Part shown: positions 29,358-40,659 of the stretch, in pieces
Position numbering within the stretch: position 1 is the stretch's first letter
Layout: each line of letters starts with the position of its first letter
Origin: Candidatus Latescibacterota bacterium
GTDB lineage: Bacteria > Latescibacterota > UBA2968
Length of the DNA: 64,000 bases
Direction of reading: 5' to 3'
Assembly: GCA_965208125.1 (NCBI GenBank)
Contig: OZ242320.1
Location: forward strand, 2,656,001 to 2,720,000
Program-made: the position numbers and the translations under genes
The notes under the pieces: model-generated
Databases searched by the model: none
What the model saw: the letters and a program-made list of their open reading frames with translations, nothing else
What the model was told of the DNA's origin: nothing

Positions 29358-30342
29358 ATTTGGTATTATGGGATTGGGGCGCGGCCGCGGAGCAGCAAAA
29401 CAGGTGGCAGCAGCAGAGGGTAGCGCGTTGGTTTGCGTGTGTGATTTACAGGAAGACAAGGCCGTGGAGCAGGCCGAAATGTATGGATGCGACTGGTCGA
29501 CGAATTACAAGGCGATGTTTGCGCGCGATGATATCGATGCGATCGGTATCTATACGTCCAGTGGCACGCATTGCGATTACGCCATTGAAGCGATAGAAGC
29601 AGGCAAACATGCATTTGTCACCAAGCCGATGGATATTCTCGTGGAAAAGTGCGATGCGGCGATTCAGGCTGCAAAAGATGCGGGGAAGGTTCTGGCAGTG
29701 GATTTTGGAAATCGCTATTCTAAGGCAAACCAGCAATTGAAGGCAGCCATTGAACAGGGGATCATTGGACAGATTTTTTTGGGTGATGTGAAGATGAAGT
29801 GGTGGCGCGAGCAGAGCTATTACAATGGGGGCTTTCCCATGGGATGGCGCAGCCGCAAAGAGACAGAGGGCGGCTCGATAGCCAATCAGGGTGTGCATTT
29901 TGTCGATCTCATCTGCTGGTTGCTCGGCCCGGTAAAGGAAGTTTATGGGCGCAGTGCAACCATGACACACGATATTGAAACGGAAGATATTACAATTGCA
30001 CAGTTGACATTTCAAAGCGGCGCATGGGGGCTGATTACGACCACGACATCGAGTTACCCAAATTTGGGGACACAAGTGGAGATCAGCGGCACGGAAGGCA
30101 CTGTACGGTGGGATCAACGCGGCGGTATAGAAGTGATGACAAAGGATGAGGAATTGGTAGATTTGAGCCGTTTTGAAGTGCCCGATGCGCCTGCCGATAT
30201 TGCAGAGGATATGGTTTCTGCTATCACCAAAGGCACGGCCCCTGTGGTGTCGGGTGAAGAGGGCCGAAAGTCTGTTGAGCTCTTTTGCGCAGCTTATGCG
30301 TCTTCAAAATCGGGTTCTCCTGTGGTTATTGATCAGCAGTGA
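29344..30342 (+). CDS. Gfo/Idh/MocA oxidoreductase
   Basis: GIMGLG, KHAFVTKPM, GGSIANQGVHFVD. Confidence 0.88.
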   Translation: MSSVRFGIMGLGRGRGAAKQVAAAEGSALVCVCDLQEDKAVEQAEMYGCDWSTNYKAMFARDDIDAIGIYTSSGTHCDYAIEAIEAGKHAFVTKPMDILVEKCDAAIQAAKDAGKVLAVDFGNRYSKANQQLKAAIEQGIIGQIFLGDVKMKWWREQSYYNGGFPMGWRSRKETEGGSIANQGVHFVDLICWLLGPVKEVYGRSATMTHDIETEDITIAQLTFQSGAWGLITTTTSSYPNLGTQVEISGTEGTVRWDQRGGIEVMTKDEELVDLSRFEVPDAPADIAEDMVSAITKGTAPVVSGEEGRKSVELFCAAYASSKSGSPVVIDQQ

Positions 30343-30357
30343 TACGCGGTTCGAAAT

Positions 30358-30846
30358 ATGTCTGAACAGTTGGAAGTAAAACTCGGAATATTGCTTCGAG
30401 AACGGGGCTGGACCATTGCTGTTGCAGAAACCACAACAGGAGGGTTGATCAGCGCCCGCATTGTTTCGGTTCCGGGCAGTTCGGCTTATTATGAGCGCGG
30501 GGTTATTGCGTATAGCGCGTTGTCTAAACGCGAGATGCTGGGGACAGATGTGCAGGTGATGGATACGTATGGTGCTGTGAGTGCAGAAGCCGCGTGCGCA
30601 ATGGCTAAAGGCGTGCGAAAGGTGAGTGGTGCAGATTTGGGTCTGGCCGAGACCGGGATCGCAGGCCCCATTCGCGGTCGGTCGGCCAAGCCCATCGGTA
30701 CGGCGTATATCGCGCTTGCCTATGCAGAGGGCGTGACGTGTAGAGATTTTCGGTTTGATGGGGGGCGCGATGCGATCCGCAATGCGATATCAGATGCTGC
30801 CCTGCAGATGGTGATTGAGACGATACAAAAAGCAATTGATAACTGA
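30358..30846 (+). CDS. CinA C-terminal / PncC-like protein
   Basis: AVAETTTGGL, PGSSAYY, GAVS, TGIAGP. Confidence 0.88.
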   Translation: MSEQLEVKLGILLRERGWTIAVAETTTGGLISARIVSVPGSSAYYERGVIAYSALSKREMLGTDVQVMDTYGAVSAEAACAMAKGVRKVSGADLGLAETGIAGPIRGRSAKPIGTAYIALAYAEGVTCRDFRFDGGRDAIRNAISDAALQMVIETIQKAIDN

Positions 30847-30947
30847 TGTTAAGCAGTTTATCAAAGGAAGCTTCATTTTACCACCATATCTTGTATATCT
30901 CATTTCAAATAAATCACAAGATATAGAGTCGCTGCATAATATCAACT
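30841..30947 (-). repeat. ~105-bp dispersed MITE-like repeat, copy 1, with two NrdR-box-like palindromes
   Basis: Reverse complement closely matches 63772-63877. Confidence 0.8.
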
Positions 30948-31029
30948 GATAACTTGCTTTTTTGCGCGTTCAGCCGTATTTTCAGTGCCCTGTGCGATGT
31001 TCAATAAGTTCTGGGGTTTGGAGGCTTGT

Positions 31030-31380
31030 ATGAGAATTTCGGAAAAGATCCGCGGGGATGTCGCTGTCTTGACCCTGTCGGGTGAATTGATGAGTGGTCC
31101 CGAGGTTGCCCCGTTCCAAGATCATATCAAAAAACTTGTAAATGAGGGTATAAAAAAAGTGGTGGTTGATTTTTCCAGGGTGAGATGGTTTGGCAGTGCC
31201 ATGTTAGGCGTGCTAACGGCGAGTTTGACGACGTTGCGGGGTGAAGGCGGCGATTTGAGATTGACGGGCGTTACCAGAAAGATTGAAAGTATTTTAATGG
31301 TTACGCAGTTGGCAAATATTTTTACGACCCTGGATACAGTAGATCGGGCTGTGGAAAGTTTTGTAGATCAGGATGCATAG
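31030..31380 (+). CDS. STAS domain anti-anti-sigma factor
   Basis: VVVDFSRVRWFGSAMLGVL...GGDLRL. Confidence 0.88.
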   Translation: MRISEKIRGDVAVLTLSGELMSGPEVAPFQDHIKKLVNEGIKKVVVDFSRVRWFGSAMLGVLTASLTTLRGEGGDLRLTGVTRKIESILMVTQLANIFTTLDTVDRAVESFVDQDA

Positions 31381-31392
31381 AGATTTTTTTAG

Positions 31393-31758
31393 ATGAGAGT
31401 GAAAGTTGACATTCGCGACCAGGTTGCGGTTATGACTGTATCGGGTACCCTTATGAGTGGTCCTACGGTCGTTCCTTTTCAACACTATGTCGAAGAGGTC
31501 ATGGCCGATGGCATTACAAATGTCGTGGTCGATTTTTCCAAGGTGAAGTGGTTTGGCAGTACGATGTTGGGAGTATTAGCGGTCAGCCTGGAGATGTTGA
31601 GAAATGCTGGAGGCGATCTCAGGTTGGCTGGCATTGCAAACCGGATGGAGAGTTTGATGATGGTCGGAAAGTTGTCGTCGCATTTTCGCACGTTGGAATC
31701 GGTTGACGCGGCTATCGAAAGCTTTGTATCCGACCCGCCGGGGAGACGGGAAACATAA
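31393..31758 (+). CDS. STAS domain anti-anti-sigma factor (tandem paralog)
   Basis: VVVDFSKVKWFGSTMLGVL...GGDLRL. Confidence 0.88.
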   Translation: MRVKVDIRDQVAVMTVSGTLMSGPTVVPFQHYVEEVMADGITNVVVDFSKVKWFGSTMLGVLAVSLEMLRNAGGDLRLAGIANRMESLMMVGKLSSHFRTLESVDAAIESFVSDPPGRRET

Positions 31759-31904
31759 ATCGCCCCAAACTATCATCTGTATTTCGTTCATAAAAAAGGG
31801 GTGCGATTATATCGCAATCCCTTCTTCTTTTGGAAGAAAGTACGCAAAATATTTAGCCCCATCGACTCGGTGATGAGGCGATATATTGAAAGGAGACACA
31901 TCTT

Positions 31905-34028
31905 ATGTTGCATCGTATGATTCCCCCAGCACTGATGTTCTTATGTGCTTTTGTACAGTGCAGCGAAAAACAACCCGTGCCAAAATACACTGGCGATCTT
32001 CCGCAATTGCAGGATCGCGGCGTATTGCGAGTTATCGTTAGTGAGGAGCCGATTACCTATATTCCCCGGCAGGCGGAGCCGGTGACCTTGGACTACGATA
32101 TTGCCCGTAGTCTGGCCGATGCACTCAAGCTGAAGTTGGAGCTTGTAAAGGCCGATAATTACGTTCAGATGTTGGAAAAACTACTCGCAGGCGAGGGCGA
32201 TATTATCGCCTCCAGCTTGACGGTTACGCCAGATCGAGAAAAGATAGCAGCGTTTTCAGTTCCGTATTTATACGTCGATGAATATTTGATTACAGCGCGG
32301 GCAGATAGTCTGCCTGAGACAGTGACTGATCTGGCGGGTATGGAGATCAGCGTGCGGCAGTCCAGTTCGTATTATCAGACCTTGATCGATGTTCAGAAGG
32401 AGGTGCCGTCTTTACGCATCCACACTGTGTCAGATACGCTCGGTACTGAGGATCTGATTAAAGGCATTGCTCAAGGCGAATACAAAGCGACCTTGTGCGA
32501 CGCGCATTTATGGCATGCCATTGCCAATTATTACAACAATCTCGTTGCGCCGCTCGTTGTGGCCGAAAAGCGTCCGCTCGCTCTGATGATGCGCCCAAAT
32601 GATACACAGCTCAAGGTCGTGGTGGATGAGTATTTGCTGGCGCATCAATTTACGCGGCATCGTCAACAAACGTTTACCGACGATTTGTCCGGTCTGAAAG
32701 AACGTCGCCGGTTGCGGATGATTACGCGCAATAATGCGATGACTTATTTTATTTACCGGGGGCAGCAGATAGGGTTTGAATACGAGCTTATAAAGCGATT
32801 TGCCTCGCAGCACGACCTGCGTCTCGAAATTGTCATTCCGGACAGTCATGCCGAACTGTTGCCGTATTTGAATGAAGGCAAGGGCGATGTCGTGGCTTCG
32901 GCGATGACTATTACTGAGAAACGACAAGAGCAGGCCGCGTTTACGCAACCCTATAAGGAAGTGAGTGAACTGGTGGTGGTGCATGCGGATGACGATTCGA
33001 TTGGCAGTCTTCGGGATCTGGCCGGGCGGACGATACATGTGCGCGCCAGTTCTTCGTTTTATACGACGCTGATGGCGTTGCAGGATTCCGTCAAAGGGCT
33101 CGAGATTGCCATAGTGCCCGATGACGTAGAGACTGAAGATATCTTAGCAGGGGTTGAAGAGGGTATTTATGATCTCACGATGTGCGACTCCCATTTGCTC
33201 GATATAGAACTTGCGTATGGCCGCCGTCTCAAAGCCGCTTTGAGTATCAAGCCCACGGCATTGGGCTGGGCGGTTCGCAAGGACAATCCGGAGTTGCTGG
33301 CAGCACTTGATGAATATATAAAGAAAGAAAAAGGCGGCTTGTTTTTTAATATGATGAAAAATAGGTATTTTAAGAGCACGCGCGCTGTCGCCAGAGCCAA
33401 AGATTCAATGCGGGTCGGTTTGAGCGGTCAGTTGTCGCCTTATGATGATCTAACAAAAAAATACGCCGCTCAATACGGGCAGGACTGGCGGTTGATTACC
33501 GCACAGATGTACCAGGAATCCAGATTTGATCCAGAAGCCGTTAGCTGGGTCGGCGCTCAGGGGCTGATGCAAGTGATGCCGAGCACCGGGCAGGATTTGG
33601 GTTTTACCAATCTTCATGATCCCCAAGAGAGCATTCACGCAGGGGTCAAGTATATGCGTCAACTAATCAACCGGTTCGATCACAATCTGCCGATGGAAGA
33701 GCGGATTCGCTTTGCGCTGGCTTCCTATAATGCGGGGTACGGGCATGTGCTTGACGCCCGCCGCCTGGCGCGAGAAATGGGATGGGATTCCAACCGCTGG
33801 TTTGGCAACGTGGAAAAGGCGATGCGATTGCTGTCCCAACCTTACTACTACGAGCGGGCGCGATACGGTTTTTGCCGTGGCGGCCAGCCCGTGCATTATG
33901 TTGAAAATATTCAGCGTTTCTATGATGCTTATGTCGAAGTACTGAATACGGCGATACCCGTGAAGGTGACACAACCACTTAGTTCGGGCTTCGTCGGACC
34001 TCCGCTTGCTGCAGAAGACCGTCGCTGA
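31905..34028 (+). CDS. mltF: MltF-like lytic transglycosylase with two substrate-binding domains
   Basis: Two SBP family 3 repeats, then SLT motifs QESRFDP, GAQGLMQVMP, ASYNAG. Confidence 0.85.
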   Translation: MLHRMIPPALMFLCAFVQCSEKQPVPKYTGDLPQLQDRGVLRVIVSEEPITYIPRQAEPVTLDYDIARSLADALKLKLELVKADNYVQMLEKLLAGEGDIIASSLTVTPDREKIAAFSVPYLYVDEYLITARADSLPETVTDLAGMEISVRQSSSYYQTLIDVQKEVPSLRIHTVSDTLGTEDLIKGIAQGEYKATLCDAHLWHAIANYYNNLVAPLVVAEKRPLALMMRPNDTQLKVVVDEYLLAHQFTRHRQQTFTDDLSGLKERRRLRMITRNNAMTYFIYRGQQIGFEYELIKRFASQHDLRLEIVIPDSHAELLPYLNEGKGDVVASAMTITEKRQEQAAFTQPYKEVSELVVVHADDDSIGSLRDLAGRTIHVRASSSFYTTLMALQDSVKGLEIAIVPDDVETEDILAGVEEGIYDLTMCDSHLLDIELAYGRRLKAALSIKPTALGWAVRKDNPELLAALDEYIKKEKGGLFFNMMKNRYFKSTRAVARAKDSMRVGLSGQLSPYDDLTKKYAAQYGQDWRLITAQMYQESRFDPEAVSWVGAQGLMQVMPSTGQDLGFTNLHDPQESIHAGVKYMRQLINRFDHNLPMEERIRFALASYNAGYGHVLDARRLAREMGWDSNRWFGNVEKAMRLLSQPYYYERARYGFCRGGQPVHYVENIQRFYDAYVEVLNTAIPVKVTQPLSSGFVGPPLAAEDRR

Positions 34029-34044
34029 GTCTGCATTCCTTATT

Positions 34045-34080
34045 AAAACAGGTATTGCTCAAAAAATAGAGCAATACCTG
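34045..34080 (-). terminator. Hairpin/terminator between convergent mltF and thiC
   Basis: Perfect 12-bp stem CAGGTATTGCTC/GAGCAATACCTG. Confidence 0.7.
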
Positions 34081-34109
34081 ATTCCCTTCCTCGGTTTTAT
34101 CTTTCTGCC

Positions 34110-35938
<1,829 letters not shown>

Positions 35939-35953
35939 CAGCGTTGTTTTGAA

Positions 35954-35982
35954 AATGTAATGAATATATTGGCGTCTGTCAA
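35954..35982 (-). promoter_or_regulatory. Putative thiC promoter
   Basis: TTGACA-17 nt-TACATT just upstream of the riboswitch. Confidence 0.65.
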
Positions 35983-35985
35983 GTC

Positions 35986-36166
35986 GTGACGACTCCCAAC
36001 CGTGAACGTGTTGGGCTTCTTGGCGATTAACCCCGCCTGGGTACATCATCCTGGACCCATGGGCAAAGCAATGTATCTTGTTCACTGGGTAAAAGCAGAG
36101 CAAATAGGCTCTGACCTTCAGGTTTTACCTACACAGGAGGTATGTTTCGTGTAGAACGCCATACCT
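35986..36166 (-). ncRNA. Putative omega/reRNA-like guide scaffold
   Basis: TTGACA(36201-36196)-17 nt-TATACT(36178-36173) promoter; multiple helices and two pseudoknot pairings; ends at the IS right end. Confidence 0.55.
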
Positions 36167-36279
36167 GACAGCAGTATATTCACACTTTGGAGGTCTGTCA
36201 ATGTTCATTTACGCTAAAGCTATGAAAGGAAGCCCTTATTATCCCACGCCTGAAGGCTGTGGGTTTTACGGGCTATTTG
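35986..36279 (-). mobile_element. Non-autonomous IS200/IS605-family element (no tnpA/tnpB) with internal structured RNA
   Basis: Left-end hairpin GTAAAACCCACAGCCTTCAGGCGTGGGAT preceded by TTAT; right end GAAGCCCAACACGTTCACGGTTGGGAGTCGTCAC. Confidence 0.75.
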
Positions 36280-36293
36280 ATAAGGGGAATATC

Positions 36294-36322
36294 TTGACCT
36301 GAAGATGTGAAAATGGTATCTT
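36294..36322 (+). promoter_or_regulatory. Putative thiO operon promoter
   Basis: TTGACC-17 nt-TATCTT upstream of the riboswitch. Confidence 0.55.
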
Positions 36323-36337
36323 TGCAGATTGAAAGAA

Positions 36338-36416
36338 GACAGGGGTGCTTGCTGTTGCAAGCTGAGATTATACCCTTTGTACCTGATCCGGATCGTGCCG
36401 GCGTAGGGAGTTTGTT
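36338..36416 (+). ncRNA. TPP riboswitch (thiO operon)
   Basis: AGGGGTGCTTGC...GCAAGCTGAGA.TATACCC...ACCTGATCCGGATCGTGCCGGCGTAGGGA. Confidence 0.93.
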
Positions 36417-36430
36417 AGACGGATGGTGAG

Positions 36431-36467
36431 ACCACTTTTCGACTCTATGCGAAGGGTGGTTTTTTTT
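36431..36467 (+). terminator. Riboswitch expression-platform terminator
   Basis: ACCACTTTTCG...CGAAGGGTGGT followed by T7. Confidence 0.75.
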
Positions 36468-36481
36468 ACCTTGAGGTTGTG

Positions 36482-37618
36482 ATGGCACAAAAGCGCGTGC
36501 TCATTGTGGGCGGTGGGGCAATTGGACTGGCGGTTGGCTGGCGGTTGGCGCGTGCGGGGCTTGCTGTGGCTCTGTTTGATCGGGGCCGCGTTGGGCACTC
36601 GGCGAGTTGGGCTTCAGCGGGTATGTTATCGCCGCTGTCAGAGGTGCAATTCGAAGAGGAAGATCTGTTGCATCTCGGCCTGAAGGGGCTGGCGGTTTAT
36701 CCCGAATTTGTCAGTGAATTGGAGGCTGACACCGGGAGTTGTGTGGGCTATCGCCGCGATGGGGTGCTGCTGGTGGGCATTACGCAAGACGATCTGGAGT
36801 ACTTAAAATTTCGGTATCGCTATCAGCTCGATTTGGGATTGTCTGTTACTTATCTCTCGGGCGATGAGGCGCGGGAACGGGAGCCGCATTTGTCGGCTCA
36901 GGTGAGTGCGGCTGTGTGGTGTCCGGGCGATCATCAAGTGGATAATCGACGTCTGGTGATGGCGTTGAAGAAGGGGCTTGTGGCAGCGGGTGGCGAGGTG
37001 TTTGAAGAGATGGGGGTAGATGAACTTTTGATAGATGGGAAGCGAGTGCGCGGGGTGCGAGTTGGCGAGGAAGTTTGCGAGGGCGATACAGTGGTGTTGG
37101 CTTCGGGATGCTGGTCGCGATTGATACCGGGTTTGCCCGATTGTGCCAGGCCTCCGGTGCGACCTGTGCGCGGGCAGATTATGCGCCTGACGATGACGGA
37201 GGATTTCGCGCTCAATACAATGGTCTGGTATTCGCGGGTGGCGACTTCCACAGTGGCGTATCTCGTGCCCAAGGATAATGGCCATCTCGTTTTGGGTGCT
37301 ACTTCAGAAGAGATGGGGTTTGATGAAGATGTGACCGCGGGGGGGATGTTTGAACTGTTGCGCGCCGCATGGGAAGTGGTGCCGGGGGTTTACGATTTGT
37401 CTGTGGTTGAGTCCGTGGCGGGATTGCGTCCTGGTAGCCGGGATGACGCGCCTATTTTGGGCGAGACGCCTATTGAGGGTTTGATTATGGCAACAGGCCA
37501 TTATCGGAAAGGTATTTTGCTGGCGCCGCTGACGGCACTATCTATTGCCGAAGTGATTTTGGAGCGGCGCACCCCGGCACTTATTCGGCCTTTTGGGATT
37601 GACCGATTTGGATTATAA
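36482..37618 (+). CDS. thiO: Glycine oxidase
   Basis: GGGAIG, ASWASAGML, PVRGQ, GLRP, ATGHYRKGILLAP; thi context. Confidence 0.92.
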   Translation: MAQKRVLIVGGGAIGLAVGWRLARAGLAVALFDRGRVGHSASWASAGMLSPLSEVQFEEEDLLHLGLKGLAVYPEFVSELEADTGSCVGYRRDGVLLVGITQDDLEYLKFRYRYQLDLGLSVTYLSGDEAREREPHLSAQVSAAVWCPGDHQVDNRRLVMALKKGLVAAGGEVFEEMGVDELLIDGKRVRGVRVGEEVCEGDTVVLASGCWSRLIPGLPDCARPPVRPVRGQIMRLTMTEDFALNTMVWYSRVATSTVAYLVPKDNGHLVLGATSEEMGFDEDVTAGGMFELLRAAWEVVPGVYDLSVVESVAGLRPGSRDDAPILGETPIEGLIMATGHYRKGILLAPLTALSIAEVILERRTPALIRPFGIDRFGL

Positions 37619-37622
37619 ACCG

Positions 37623-37829
37623 ATGCAACTTACAGTAAATGGTCAAGATCAATCAGTGGATGATGCGTCAACGCTGCTCGATTTGCTGATTGAGATGAAT
37701 TTTAACGCCGAACAAAAAGGTATTGCCGTGGCTGTAAATGCCGAGGTCGTAGCGCGGGCGATGTGGGCAGATACGCGGTTGTGCAATGGCGACCGGGTGG
37801 ATATTATTCATGCGGTTCAGGGGGGATAG
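37623..37829 (+). CDS. thiS: Sulfur carrier protein
   Basis: 68 aa, AVAVN.EVV, C-terminal VQGG. Confidence 0.93.
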   Translation: MQLTVNGQDQSVDDASTLLDLLIEMNFNAEQKGIAVAVNAEVVARAMWADTRLCNGDRVDIIHAVQGG

Positions 37830-37852
37830 CGGGGAATAACAGTGAGGGTATT

Positions 37853-38629
37853 ATGACAGGCGATTTTAAGATAGCAGGCGTAAAATATCGTTCACGGCTG
37901 TTGATAGGCACTGCGCGTTATCCCAATATGCAGGTGATGCTGAAGTCCGTGGAAACCAGTGGCGCAGAGATTGTAACGGTGGGCATTCGGCGGCTCAATA
38001 TGAATGATGAATCTGGCGAGGGTGTTCTCAATTTGCTCGACCGGTCGCGATACACCATTTTGCCAAATACTGCCGGATGTTTTACGGCTCAAGACGCGGT
38101 GCTTACTGCGCGGTTGGCCCGCGAAGCGCTGGAAACCGATCTGATTAAGTTAGAGGTGATTGGGGATGAACGCACGTTGTTTCCAGATGTGGTGGGGTTA
38201 CTCCAGGCGGCGGAGACCCTGGTGAACGATGGGTTTACGGTGCTGCCCTATTGCAATGACGATCCGATTACCTGTAAGAAGCTGGAAGATTTGGGGTGTG
38301 CCGCTGTGATGCCTCTGGGTGCGCCTATTGGTTCGGGGATGGGGATTCGCAATCCGTACAATATTCAGATTATTCTGGATTCGGTGAAGGTGCCGGTCAT
38401 TGTCGATGCGGGGGTGGGAACCGCATCGGATGCTGCTCTGGCGATGGAATTGGGTTGCGATGGCGTGTTGTTGAATACGGCGGTGGCAGGTGCCCGGCAT
38501 CCGGTGAAGATGGCGATGGCAATGAAGAAGGGAGTTGAAGCGGGGCGGTATGCTTTTGAAGCCGGACGGATTCCCAGAAAGCTGTACGCGACAGCTTCGA
38601 CGGCGATGGAAGGGCGGGTGGAAATTTGA
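37853..38629 (+). CDS. thiG: Thiazole synthase
   Basis: [42 protein letters not shown]. Confidence 0.96.
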   Translation: MTGDFKIAGVKYRSRLLIGTARYPNMQVMLKSVETSGAEIVTVGIRRLNMNDESGEGVLNLLDRSRYTILPNTAGCFTAQDAVLTARLAREALETDLIKLEVIGDERTLFPDVVGLLQAAETLVNDGFTVLPYCNDDPITCKKLEDLGCAAVMPLGAPIGSGMGIRNPYNIQIILDSVKVPVIVDAGVGTASDAALAMELGCDGVLLNTAVAGARHPVKMAMAMKKGVEAGRYAFEAGRIPRKLYATASTAMEGRVEI

Positions 38630-39240
38630 ATTCATTACCACCTCTCTATCTGATTGCCGATCGGGCAACGTGCGGTGATCGACCAATGCTGGATGTGCTC
38701 GCGTGTGCGCTGGATGCGGGGGTGCGGCTGGTGCAGTTGCGGGAAAAAAATCTGGATAGAGATGTATTAGAGGCTCTGGCTGAGCAGGTGTTGTCGTTGG
38801 TGGCGCGTTATGATGCGATGCTGTTGATTAACTCAGTAGCAGATATTGCCGTGAAGATCGGTGCTCAGGGTGTGCATTTGCCAGGTGATGCATTGCCGCG
38901 GGCGGTCCGAGGTCGGGTGGGGCCGTCATTTTTAATCGGCTATTCCACACATACCTGTGTGGAATTAGATTGCGCTGACGGGGCAGATTTTGTGACTTAT
39001 AGCCCCATTTTTACACCGGGGTCTAAACCCGGGTGTGATGGCGTGGAAGTAGGGCTTGCGGGATTGGCAAATGCGGTGGCGCATTCTCGCTTACCCGTTT
39101 ATGCGCTGGGTGGAATTACACCTGATCGCGCAGCCAAATGCCATGCAACGGGATGTGCGGGTGTCGCGGTGATGTCGGGTATTTTGGCGGCGAGAGATCC
39201 GGCCAGGGCGGTACGTGAATTTTTGAAGGTATGGGAATGA
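38626..39240 (+). CDS. Thiamine phosphate synthase family protein (ThiE/TenI-like)
   Basis: VQLREK, GVHLP, STH, SPIF...[12 protein letters not shown]. Confidence 0.8.
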   Translation: MNSLPPLYLIADRATCGDRPMLDVLACALDAGVRLVQLREKNLDRDVLEALAEQVLSLVARYDAMLLINSVADIAVKIGAQGVHLPGDALPRAVRGRVGPSFLIGYSTHTCVELDCADGADFVTYSPIFTPGSKPGCDGVEVGLAGLANAVAHSRLPVYALGGITPDRAAKCHATGCAGVAVMSGILAARDPARAVREFLKVWE

Positions 39241-40031
39241 AACAAGCCCTGACAATTGCGGGTTCGGATTCCGGCGGTGGTGCGGGCATTCAGGCGGATT
39301 TGAAAACATTTCACGCCCATGGCGTGTTTGGTCTGTCTGCGATTACATCGGTTACTGCTCAAAATACGCAAGAGGTGCGTGCGGCTTGTGATTTGCCCGA
39401 AGAGATTGTCCGCGCTCAGATAAGTGCCGTGTTTGACGATTTTGAGATTGCTGCGGTGAAGACGGGGATGTTGTCTTCGCGTGAGATTGTAGAGGCTGTG
39501 GCCGATGAGTTGACAGTTCGCAATGAGCAACCGCTCGTGGTTGATCCGGTGATGATTTCGACGAGTGGGTTTCCGTTGCTTAAGGGCGATGCGATACAAT
39601 GTATCACAGATCGTTTGTTGCCGCTCGCTACATTGGCGACGCCGAATTGCCCTGAAGCAGAATTGTTGATGCATAAAAAGATAAAAACGCGAGGGGATGC
39701 CGGATTTGCTGCGCGCAAAATTGCCGATTTGGGCGCGTGTGCCGTGTTGGTGAAGGGGGGACATTTGGAGGGTACAGCGGTGGATGTGTTGTGGGATGGG
39801 GCGTGTGAAACGATTTTTGAGAGTGAACGCATAGATACCGGGAATACACACGGGACAGGTTGTACACTGGCATCGGCGATAGCTGCCAATTTTGCGCTGG
39901 GATACGGGTTGTGCGATGCGATAGATCGGGCAAAAAATTATGTTACAGAAGCTATCCGGCATGGTCTGGATATTGGCGAAGGTAACGGTCCTACGAATCA
40001 TTTTTATTTTTTAAATTATACTGACCGCTAA
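39237..40031 (+). CDS. thiD: Hydroxymethylpyrimidine/phosphomethylpyrimidine kinase
   Basis: LTIAGSDSGGGAGIQADLKT, VDPVM, THGTGCTL. Confidence 0.95.
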   Translation: MKQALTIAGSDSGGGAGIQADLKTFHAHGVFGLSAITSVTAQNTQEVRAACDLPEEIVRAQISAVFDDFEIAAVKTGMLSSREIVEAVADELTVRNEQPLVVDPVMISTSGFPLLKGDAIQCITDRLLPLATLATPNCPEAELLMHKKIKTRGDAGFAARKIADLGACAVLVKGGHLEGTAVDVLWDGACETIFESERIDTGNTHGTGCTLASAIAANFALGYGLCDAIDRAKNYVTEAIRHGLDIGEGNGPTNHFYFLNYTDR

Positions 40032-40039
40032 CGTCTAAT

Positions 40040-40651
40040 ATGAAAAAAATTGGCAGACTTCACGTCATAACCGATGTTGTTTTGCAAGATCGCTTTTCAC
40101 ACAGTGCGCTGGCGCAAATGGCTGTTGCCGGCGGAGCGGATACCATTCAGTTTCGACAAAAAGAGGGTTCGACGCGCGCGTTGATTGAGACCGCTATTGC
40201 CGTGAAGCATGCGTGTGGTGATGTGCCTTTGATTGTGAATGATCGGGTTGATGTGGCGATTGCCGCAGAGGCCGATGGGGTGCATTTGGGACAAGATGAT
40301 TTTCCCATTGAAAAGGCACGCGATTTGCTTGGGGAAGATGCTGTGATTGGCGGGACGGCAAAGACGCTTTCACAGGCGCATCAGTGTGTTGCCGAAGGTG
40401 CGGATTACATCGGTTTTGGACCGATTTATGCAACTGGTTCAAAGGCAGATGCGGGTATGGTGAAAGGTCTGGAGGGGTTGCGCGAGATGGTCAATGGAGT
40501 ACGTATGCCAATTATTGCTATTGGGGGCATTGGAATAGAAAATGCTGGCGAGGTAATGCGCGCAGGGGCGCACGGTATTGCGGTGATTTCAGCCGTGTGT
40601 TGTCAACCCGATTCCACTGAGGCGACCCAAAGGTTGATGGATCAAATATAG
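40040..40651 (+). CDS. thiE: Thiamine phosphate synthase
   Basis: QFRQK, IVNDRVD, GVHLGQDD, T.SK, AIGGI, AVISA. Confidence 0.9.
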   Translation: MKKIGRLHVITDVVLQDRFSHSALAQMAVAGGADTIQFRQKEGSTRALIETAIAVKHACGDVPLIVNDRVDVAIAAEADGVHLGQDDFPIEKARDLLGEDAVIGGTAKTLSQAHQCVAEGADYIGFGPIYATGSKADAGMVKGLEGLREMVNGVRMPIIAIGGIGIENAGEVMRAGAHGIAVISAVCCQPDSTEATQRLMDQI

Positions 40652-40659
40652 GTACGATT

